DNA of 64,000 nucleotides from Candidatus Dojkabacteria bacterium (GTDB lineage: Bacteria > Patescibacteriota > Dojkabacteria > B142 > OLB20): NCBI GenBank assembly GCA_035444565.1, contig DAOMOX010000003.1, positions 159,488-223,487 of the forward strand. The letters are read 5' to 3'. Shown one piece after another: positions 20,301-27,900 of this stretch. The notes under the pieces are model-generated. The model was given only the letters and a program-made list of their open reading frames with translations, did not search any database and was not told where the DNA came from. Positions within the stretch are counted from its first letter, which is position 1. Every line of letters begins with the position of its first letter. Both the position numbers and the translations under genes were made by a program.

Positions 20301-20783
20301 TTCTGATTCTTTGCCTGTCAGTTCTTTCTTAATATTTTCATTCCTTCGAGCGTTTTTCTCTTTTATTACGTCGGTTGCAAGTGTGAGATATTCATCATAA
20401 CGAGAGGTGATTTTGCCGTGTAGTTCAGATAATTGTGAGAAATTGTTATATACCACTTCCAGGTCTTTGGGGTCCACATCTGAATCATGAAGTGAATCGA
20501 CAAACTTCTGTGCTCTGTTTAATTTAGTATTTGTACCCTTTACAGTTTTGGCTAAGTCTTCGTTTCTGAATTCACCTGCTTTAGCGTCACCTAAAGCTTT
20601 CATTCGGGCCTCAATTTTTTTAATAGTTTCAATTACATACTTTAAATCCTCTTTATCCTTTTCAGAATAAGCGAAAGCCCTCTGTATTTGTGACAATACA
20701 TAACGTTCTTGTTCTTGAAGTTGTTCTAGCAACTTCTTAAGATCTTCCGGTAAAATATTGTTTTCTGGTATTGCTCCTACCAT
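17340..20783 (-). CDS. Hypothetical 1147-aa bipartite protein. Its N-terminal ~470 aa is a charged coiled coil. Its C-terminal half is Gly/Ala-rich with multiple glycine-zipper-like TM segments. It is the last gene of the six-gene operon.
   Basis: The ORF is long. The N-terminus has K/E-rich heptad-like sequence. The C-terminal segments include AIGSVAGLAILAALGVPITGIGAAIGATIGTTVGFGVGALIAGSATVASLGAGAP. The reverse-strand ORFs 17758..18261, 18565..18807, 19072..19569 and 19984..20400 are antisense artefacts. Confidence 0.7.
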   Translation of the reverse strand: MVGAIPENNILPEDLKKLLEQLQEQERYVLSQIQRAFAYSEKDKEDLKYVIETIKKIEARMKALGDAKAGEFRNEDLAKTVKGTNTKLNRAQKFVDSLHDSDVDPKDLEVVYNNFSQLSELHGKITSRYDEYLTLATDVIKEKNARRNENIKKELTGKESEILGLTETFNSLYKVITTYKPTRAAFIELKKKEVNVAKTTVEEAVENTDIEEHKLANSRENIDRVKVISNFKTNLQASKTAEYIEVPFFASLEHLYDDTHQRIRADKYQEFITGLTGVNVSEINLSEYNPAEIDKLEDLLETKYLGSLDEKEVTHLDREIDEDPKVNIRLSGKVKENITQRNESKSGIAASLASTKVNLAIATDPYLSRGNDLIRAKQVETAFNKIESGQFKAGIIDLTRLQSTDQFRQDIPGVVKIALKEEVVRAYEGIGSKFSEKLEESRFGKGIKMKRNQISTFVTNKSTFLKEQKRKSKKSDGIMRLVFKFLVKKIVDSGVNFIKSGIKVLKTTSLASRMGNFFSTNSVGQRMQSAASSTLKLAKNVVKLPGEMKNGLFAQYDKVYKIVDNKFVPVIKPAYHAALDVGHVGKTFLKKAPIGAVYGGGAMFLASALGVPASMLMPIFAGATIAGAGLETIDSLMHTPLPRTPIRPIAWLQKQGSAIYKDPTTKVFSNDIVKNNPEAAAKLAKAGGNAYGGTGARLFSSAKTGLMTALVAGALAGFLGINPILATAGTFGLVTSAKYILRTSRGQAIAGRLLSGKYGSYLSKLSGLPFNRLVFQIGNTRVMANLIQDLYDNFTNVHRGSPGLALKDFFKDNFVFKSGGSLLETILLKFTTLNNYLSMMGYVSGMSAINRSLLGIMSKVFVGRSLAGILPAAASANLTFLPKVLLAIRGAALPGIFSAIGSVAGLAILAALGVPITGIGAAIGATIGTTVGFGVGALIAGSATVASLGAGAPLSAIIVTVSSAAFTALGGWIGSLFDKVAGATINSVMAIVGGINALFSLIDLALNGISTRKIASMSISLALALPALTALLDYSSQGQVESNSTIPTPTVVVSYNKYPDIRVINNSGFELNNVEVEDLLTGFHHITKDSNYKNKYLVLTNRDSSEVKIEDDLLIVSISVSELEPIARVEELISSIDIKSPEKISLN

Positions 20784-20790
20784 ATGTTTT

Positions 20791-21756
20791 TTATAATCTA
20801 CTATTAATTACTTCAATTTGCTCCCTAATTTGTGCAAGTCGTTCATTCAATTCTTTGGCGTCTCCATCACGATTTAAAATCTGTTCTCTTACGATTCGTT
20901 CTTGTTCTCGATGTTCTTGTAATAATTCGAGACCCTGTTCTTTTGTTTCGAATTCTAAATCCAAGTTTTTTCTAATCTTCTGTTCTTGCTGAGTAATTTT
21001 GTATTGCCTATATAAATTTTGCATTTGCATCTTTACTCCCTTTGGAGTCTGATCAAGTGCAGTATTTAGATTCGATACGTAATTAATCAAACGATATGCA
21101 TCCTGTTCGTCTTTATTCCTGAAAACAACCATTTGATTGTCGTCGTTATACCTTGCAATTATATTATTTAGAATTGTTTCTGCCTGTGCAACAGAGATTT
21201 TTGTTTCTTTTATGTATCCTCTTGCCAGAGGTTCTAGCCCTCGTACTTTTGCAATTGGTTTATTGTACATATCAGATTTATAAAACTTGTAAATCTCTTT
21301 CTTCTTTTCATCTACTCTTAACTCTGGCTTAACGGAAACCCTTTCCATTCCGATTCTGGCTCTATCGATCCGTATCCATTTATCCATTAGTTCTTTTAAT
21401 GTTCGAACAGTAGGTCTTTGTTTCTCATAGCTTTCTACAGTAGTAATTCTTTTCCAAGAGGCTGCTTTGATATAGTCTTCTATGACTCTTGAATCTTTCG
21501 AAAGTTGACCCAGACCAACCAGCCTGGTTTCCTGATCGAAAAGCCCTAAATTGATGTATTCATAATATTTATCTCTTAATTGTGTGATTGATTTCACCAA
21601 TTGCTGTCGTAATTGACCAGTACTCATACCTTGGGGCAGAAAGTCAACTGTGATTAGCTTTGTAAAAGGTTCATCACTTTCTAGGAATTTGATCATCTTT
21701 TTAAGTGATACCCCATTTACAGGATACATTTTGTATTTTTCTATCGATTCTGCCAT
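20791..21756 (-). CDS. Hypothetical 321-aa protein with a C-terminal coiled coil. Operon member.
   Basis: It lies 7 nt upstream of the 1147-aa gene and shares a boundary nucleotide with the upstream gene. I recognise no motif. Confidence 0.6.
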   Translation of the reverse strand: MAESIEKYKMYPVNGVSLKKMIKFLESDEPFTKLITVDFLPQGMSTGQLRQQLVKSITQLRDKYYEYINLGLFDQETRLVGLGQLSKDSRVIEDYIKAASWKRITTVESYEKQRPTVRTLKELMDKWIRIDRARIGMERVSVKPELRVDEKKKEIYKFYKSDMYNKPIAKVRGLEPLARGYIKETKISVAQAETILNNIIARYNDDNQMVVFRNKDEQDAYRLINYVSNLNTALDQTPKGVKMQMQNLYRQYKITQQEQKIRKNLDLEFETKEQGLELLQEHREQERIVREQILNRDGDAKELNERLAQIREQIEVINSRL

Positions 21757-22919
21757 TAGTCAGTTAATAGATATTCGTCTAATGTTAAATATGGATTTTC
21801 AATCCCACTCGTAACGATGTTAAATATTAATTTTTTAAAGTCTGTACTAAATCTAATATCGTATAGTTCAGTCGGAATCCTCAAAGTGTCTCCAACATCA
21901 TCATATAGATATAGTTCCACGAGATGATGATATTTTTCGTATAATGTTGATGCGTCTTTGTGATCTATAAATTTAATTTTATAATAATTCTCAGAGACTG
22001 TATAACCTTCTTTGTGGTATAGGATTAATAAATCCACAATATCTTTGACTAAATTGGTTACGATTTTCTTGTCTAATTTGTTCTTTTTAATCATTAGCTC
22101 AACAAATTCGTTTAGCAATGGATCAATGTGATCAAACTTCTTGTAATAACCCTGAGGGTCATTATCAGCTTCTTTCGAGTTGAGTGACTTCACGTTTGTA
22201 ATCGCTTCTACTGGTTTAAATCCTCTATCAATATAATTGTAAACATCTTTGTCGGTACGAATTACTATGGGTTGTAACAATTCTTTAAAAAGTTCTATTA
22301 GCTCGGATTGATTAAAGGAAACTAAGAATACATAATCAGTGATATCAAAAACATGTTTAAGCATTCTGTGAGCCAAATCTAAATAATTACTGTAACTAGA
22401 CATTGTTGCAGCTATTTGGTTAGTCTTTTTTTCAAGTTCTATAGTCGAATCCAAGTCAACGGATCCATTTTCTAATAATTTGATTGCATCGGGTACATAT
22501 ATTTCTAAAAATACCGGAATATCACTAGGTTCCTTCATAAGCTTTGCTAGTTCAGCCTCCTCTTGTGTTAGTATTCTGACTAAAGAGTACTTTGCAAAAT
22601 ATTTCTTTGCTTGAATAAATCGAAGTGTATAGATGTCTTTCTGAATAATTTTAAATTTCTCGAAAGTATCATCCATCTTCAAGTCGATATCTACTCCATT
22701 TTCTTTTAGTAGCGTCGTAGCGGATGAGTTGTATTTTTGAATAAGTGTCAGCTGATCTTTTGTAAGTGGATTTTTAAGTTGGACTTGATAGTTCTGCGTT
22801 GGATCAAGTAAGAAAATGTAATTAAACACCATAGGTGAAATTGATTTGGCGATGTCTCTCTCTATAGCTATGAGAGTATTGTCCTCAACCTTATGATTTA
22901 CGGCATTTGGATTGGTCAT
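21756..22919 (-). CDS. Hypothetical 387-aa soluble protein. Operon member.
   Basis: The ORF is tightly packed in the operon. It has no TM segments and no motif I recognise. Confidence 0.6.
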   Translation of the reverse strand: MTNPNAVNHKVEDNTLIAIERDIAKSISPMVFNYIFLLDPTQNYQVQLKNPLTKDQLTLIQKYNSSATTLLKENGVDIDLKMDDTFEKFKIIQKDIYTLRFIQAKKYFAKYSLVRILTQEEAELAKLMKEPSDIPVFLEIYVPDAIKLLENGSVDLDSTIELEKKTNQIAATMSSYSNYLDLAHRMLKHVFDITDYVFLVSFNQSELIELFKELLQPIVIRTDKDVYNYIDRGFKPVEAITNVKSLNSKEADNDPQGYYKKFDHIDPLLNEFVELMIKKNKLDKKIVTNLVKDIVDLLILYHKEGYTVSENYYKIKFIDHKDASTLYEKYHHLVELYLYDDVGDTLRIPTELYDIRFSTDFKKLIFNIVTSGIENPYLTLDEYLLTD

Positions 22920-22935
22920 GCTGTTTTATTTCAAT

Positions 22936-24540
22936 TTATTTCTTCTTGCCTTTAAAAATAGCGCCCAGTCCACCAAACACCTGTCCAGCAGCTTTGGATG
23001 TAGTTTGTCCAACTTGTCCCATTGTCTGGCTACTGCTTTGTACATTCAAGAAATTATTCACCATATCAGGAATAGTTGGAGTGGCAAGAAAGATAATATA
23101 TATCACTAATGCTTTTGTGATACTTGCTGATGTCGAAATCTGATCTGATGAATATCCCAATAAAGGTGGTGTGAATCTGAATTCTCCAGCATTGGAAATT
23201 CCAAGTGCCTCACTTCTACCTATGATTATCATTAATAGAAAGACAGCATAAACGACAATGAATGTAATACTTGCCGCCGCTAATGGTTTGATCGCATTTA
23301 TTATTGAGCTTTTTGTTTTGGAAGGAATTGCAGCTATAAAGAATAACCATGGTAGAAATATCGGTGATATGGCAAGAGTAACATAGTTTTTCAATAATGC
23401 TAGGAACAATCTAAACGCAGCCATAAATGCAGCAAGTCCTAACACTAAATCCAGCAAAGTATTCCCTACTTCTTGGAAACCTGCATTATTTGCTGCCTCT
23501 TCTCCTAATGGGACAACAGAACCGACAAATTTCAACAAACCTAAATTTCCAACATCAATACCATCTGGAACAATATTGTTAACACATTCCTCGTCTTCAC
23601 CAGTTCCCTCGCATCTAAAAATCTCTGCATTCGAAGTTCCCCATATAGCCCATACACTTACAAATGGGTCATCTGGTTGTAAATAGTAAAGGTCGGGTTT
23701 GTCGGGATCGTCTTTTGAAATATCAAGATTTGTAGTACTGGTCACAAATTCATAACCGGGTGCTGTAGGAGATGTGAGAAGTGTACTTTGCACAACATTA
23801 CTACCTATAAATATGAAGTCTACAAAGAATCCCGCTATAGGATAACTCAGACTTACCAGAACTAATGAAACGATTAAAGAAGGTATCGAATTTATAATAC
23901 TTACAGCAGTTTGACCTCCCAGTGACTGTCTGAAAAGTATTAAAAATGCTAACACAATAACAATCACAACGTAAAACGCGTAAACCATATTCCTAGACCA
24001 TTGCCATAAATCCAGCATCGGAAGTAATAGATTATATCCTAGTCCTGGGAAGTAGAAATTATTGTTCACAGAATTAAAATTATCATCATCAGGATCCTGA
24101 GCGTAAACACTTAGTAATTCTCTATCTTGAGTTCTTTGGTAGAGGTCATATGCCCAGACAATGGAACTACTAGGTGGTGAAACATACAGTGTGTCGATTA
24201 ATGCTCCTGCACCGTCTATAGCGGAAATACTATTAGGTCCTGGCTGGAATAGATAAACTTCTTGTGCCGATTCTGGTTCACAAGGCGCGGAACCGATTAG
24301 ACAATTCGCTGTATCGATTAGCGCTGGTGCGAAACCTAAATCTTTAGCATAAGTGCTGACTCCTGACCCTGCAATAAACAAAACTACAGCGAAGACAAAG
24401 CCAAATGTAAGTAAAACTTTCTTTTTCATATTAGAAAATTTGGGTAGAAACATTTTAATGTATTTAAATCTAAATTTAATACAGTATATGAATTGGGGGA
24501 TAAGATTGCAAACTCTTAGGAGAAGAAATTTAAGTTTCAA
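22936..24540 (-). CDS. Polytopic membrane protein. It has a signal peptide, an N-terminal extracytoplasmic domain, TM clusters flanking a large acidic Cys-containing loop, and a G/Q/T-rich C-terminal tail. Operon member. The true start is probably the internal MKKKVLLTFGF.
   Basis: The signal-like segment is MKKKVLLTFGFVFAVVLFIAGSGVSTYA. Hydrophobic helices include MVYAFYVVIVIVLAFLILF, LIVSLVLVSLSYPIAGFFVDFIFIG, LDLVLGLAAFMAAFRLFLALL, LAISPIFLPWLFFIAAI, ITFIVVYAVFLLMIIIG and ALVIYIIFLATP. Confidence 0.65.
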   Translation of the reverse strand: MKLKFLLLRVCNLIPQFIYCIKFRFKYIKMFLPKFSNMKKKVLLTFGFVFAVVLFIAGSGVSTYAKDLGFAPALIDTANCLIGSAPCEPESAQEVYLFQPGPNSISAIDGAGALIDTLYVSPPSSSIVWAYDLYQRTQDRELLSVYAQDPDDDNFNSVNNNFYFPGLGYNLLLPMLDLWQWSRNMVYAFYVVIVIVLAFLILFRQSLGGQTAVSIINSIPSLIVSLVLVSLSYPIAGFFVDFIFIGSNVVQSTLLTSPTAPGYEFVTSTTNLDISKDDPDKPDLYYLQPDDPFVSVWAIWGTSNAEIFRCEGTGEDEECVNNIVPDGIDVGNLGLLKFVGSVVPLGEEAANNAGFQEVGNTLLDLVLGLAAFMAAFRLFLALLKNYVTLAISPIFLPWLFFIAAIPSKTKSSIINAIKPLAAASITFIVVYAVFLLMIIIGRSEALGISNAGEFRFTPPLLGYSSDQISTSASITKALVIYIIFLATPTIPDMVNNFLNVQSSSQTMGQVGQTTSKAAGQVFGGLGAIFKGKKK

Positions 24541-24943
24541 TATCTAGTTCGGACAATCTTTTTCTATAATTTGTAGTTTTCTCGAGTTCGTCGTTAATTA
24601 ATTTTATTAATTCCTCTCGATTTTTTTTACTCAGAATCATTAACAAAGACTTAATCATGCCTTCAAAGTACTTTTTCATGTGTTCGTTAACTTTCTCCTG
24701 AACCTCAGGGAATTCAGAATATAATTTGATAAATTCATTTATAAGTTCTTGATTGTCATCTATATCGGCAAGAGATTCTATCTTGTCGTCTAGTCCTTTT
24801 CTTTCAAGTTCCAGATTCACTTCTACTTCAAGATATGTAAGAAAAATCTCTATGTACTCTTCTTGCATTTGAGCCCACATACTGTTCGTATAGCCTAGTT
24901 TAGATTTTACAAATTCTGATACTTTTGGGCTTATGAAGAACAT
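24530..24943 (-). CDS. Small acidic hypothetical protein of 137 aa. Operon member. It overlaps the downstream gene by 11 nt.
   Basis: The ORF is E/D/K-rich and predicted helical. It lies 15 nt downstream of the 1822-aa gene. Confidence 0.55.
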   Translation of the reverse strand: MFFISPKVSEFVKSKLGYTNSMWAQMQEEYIEIFLTYLEVEVNLELERKGLDDKIESLADIDDNQELINEFIKLYSEFPEVQEKVNEHMKKYFEGMIKSLLMILSKKNREELIKLINDELEKTTNYRKRLSELDIET

Positions 24944-24958
24944 AGGTTTTATTTAAAA

Positions 24959-27900
24959 TTATGAAGTAACACTTTTGGCAGTATCTCCTATTACACTTGA
25001 GACGTTCTGAAGTCTATTGTCTGGAACATCAACGTTATCTAGGGCAAGTGCAGACTGTTTGAGTACGTCTTCCGCTCCTTTAACTGCAGCGGCTAATCTG
25101 AGTCGACCTCTTGTGCTATTGAATCTCGGGTTGCTCAATGCTTGTTCAAACGCACTCTCTTGGTTATATAACTCTGCTTCTGATTTAATTGCATTAACTT
25201 TCCTTTTTGACCACAAATCTGCAATTTGAGTAACCTTGTTTGAGATGAAGAAATAGTCAGCGAGTAGTAGTCCGATAGCTGTGGGATTGAGGAATGCTTT
25301 TGACATGATTTGTGCAATTTCAGGATTTACATATCCTCCAAAAATTGAGGCAAGAACACCTGCTGTGACAGTCCATCTTGCGATTTGATCAAATCTAGCG
25401 AAGCCGACCCATTTTTCTTTTTGTTTGCTTGCTTCTGACTTGTATTGAGCTGCGGCTTTTATCATTGTTTGATGGTAGAAGTACAATTCAAGAACCTTTG
25501 TCCTCTCTACTACTACATCTTGGATTGCATTGGTCATTAATCCACTACTATCTGGTAAAGACCTATCATTTTTATTTCCAGGTGTGTGTTGTTTAATTTC
25601 ACCGTAGTTTTGTACTTGTGTTGATTTATTAATACCTTCGAAACTTTTGATTTTCCTCGCTCCAACCCCAGCAGAACTTCTAAGAATTATTGCAGTATCT
25701 ATGTCTTTGAATGTCCGTATGTCTGTGACGTCATTCACTAAATACTGTTTTGTGTGGGGATCTTTTAAATACTTCCCACTTCCATCGGGTCGAAATGTTT
25801 CATTTCTTAATGTTACTGGCAAATCTTCTGGAGATAGCTCTAATAAAGATATACTTTGTTGCGGAGTTAAATGTCTCATTAACGTTACAGGGTCACTATG
25901 GGCCTGTAATTGACTTATTTTTTCTCTCAAATTATCCCTATTAATAATCATCCTTGAGTAGTATTCTCTGATGGCTATTTCTTCCGTTGCTGGAGTAGTT
26001 GCTGTTATAGTAGCTAATTTAGCTTGTGCATTATCTACTTCAAGTTGTGCTGCTTCTATTTCAGTTTTTAAGTTGTCAAATCTCATTTGTAATTGTGCTG
26101 GATCTGTGCGTTGTTTAATCTCTTCTAGGATTTTCCGTTTTGTAAGTTCATCTGTGTCATAGTAACCAGGAATTATCTCAAAAGCCTTTCCTCCAATAGT
26201 CACTATTTCTCGTTCACCACATACACCAGTGGCTGTAGCCTCATACGTCCTAGCAAGTAGATACGCCTGAATATAATCCTTCACATCTTGTAATGGGAGG
26301 TTTTTGCCGTTAATTTTCACAAACCTTCTCTGTTTTTTCCAATCTTCAAGACTTCCTCCAGGTTTGATTGCTTCTACGGCATCTACAGCATCGATTACGT
26401 CTCTTATCGTAAATGTTTTATCATCTTCATGTGCCTTAAGTTGTGCGTCCATAATCGCACTTGAAATTTTATCGAAAGTCCTTCCTTGTTGGATAAAGTC
26501 TTCATCGGTTCCCATCTCCAGTTCTGTTGTATAAACTGATTTGATTCTGAATTGTTTTGTTAAACCTGCCCAGTAGTCAGTCACAGTACCAAGTCGAAGT
26601 TGCATGTCTTTCGGTAGACTTTTTCCGTTTAATGTTTGATTGGGATTGAATGCACCCTTAAGGATATTGTCTATTTCAGCATCTCCATATCCTCTTGCCT
26701 TCAGGCTGGTTCTCATTTTTCCTTTTGAGTTATCTATTTCGGCGAAGAGATTAGCATCGTAATACTTATCAATATCCTCTAATTTAGAATAAACCCCCGG
26801 CTGTCCACCCTCTCCATCAAAATATAAAAGTCCAATTCTATCAGCCGCTAATAAATATGCATGATTCTGTTGTATTTGTGCATGGGAAGTCATTGCTTCA
26901 AGAGTTTCTCTCCAGATAACCTCATATAAGCTTTTCATTTCAAGACCATAGAGATTGTCAATTCCCAATCTTTCTCTCCGGGCTTTATCACTTTCTTTAT
27001 AGAATAACCTAGAACTTTGTAACCTCTTACCAATTTCGGTATATTCCAATCCGAAAGGTAAAAGTCGGTTTCGATTTATCTGTCTAACATCTTTGGTCAG
27101 TCCTAGTTCCGCTAAATCTCTAGGTTTTAATCCTGATTCAGAGAAAAACTTACTTATAATACCTCCGATAATGGGAATTGTTCCAACTACAGGGGTCTCC
27201 ACCTTCTGGAATGAATACCTGACATAATCTTCTTTCGCGAGTAATCCAACGTGTGTTCTCAAATCTACTGCTTCGGATAGATCATATTTATCAGTTGAAA
27301 CTTGTCTTTCAGTACCTATTTCTTCGGTTGTAGGTTTCAGTCCGTCCTCGTTTTGAAGTAGTGAACGATAAATTGAATAAACTCTATTGATTTTGTCATC
27401 AATTTCTTTAAGTCTGTCTTGATATTGTTCATCAGTCCATCCTTCCCTTTCGGCTTGAACTCTTAATCTTCTTACAGCATAGCTTCTGATTTTATTAGTG
27501 TAAATTTTTTCCGTCGTATCACAATACTCACGTGCTGTATGCTCCTTGTCTTCCTTTTTATCTTCTTCTTTATCTTCCTCTTTAACCTCCTCTTTAACCT
27601 CCTCTTTATCTACTTTCGGTGTATACTCTGGTAATTTGAGACCAAGATGTCCGTCCTGATAGATTAGGTCATAGATAAATTCAAGCGTGGATTGAGAACT
27701 TAGTTGATCATATCTAGTTAACCTATTGCTCCATTGAACTATAGTGCTCTTTGTAATTTTGTCTTTATTAGCTGGATTTTCTACTAAATTATTTAAAAGT
27801 CGAATGGTAGCGAGGGATTCGATAGCATTTTCATCTAAGTCTCCCCTATTATTTTTCTTGTTACCTCCTTCTTGAGATTTGTTCTCTATAGTAAATTCAT

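Noticed and set aside
17758-20400. Plus-strand ORFs in the track (17758..18261, 18565..18807, 19072..19569, 19768..19980, 19984..20400) that lie inside the 1147-aa minus-strand gene
   Set aside because: They are antisense to a long, well-supported ORF. Their Ala/Pro/Ser-rich translations are the expected mirror of a Gly/Ala-rich coding strand. They have no independent start context and I recognise no motifs.
22907-23143. ORFs 22907..23143 and 22912..23109 (+) at the junction of two operon genes
   Set aside because: They are antisense to the C-terminus of the polytopic membrane protein and are shadow ORFs.
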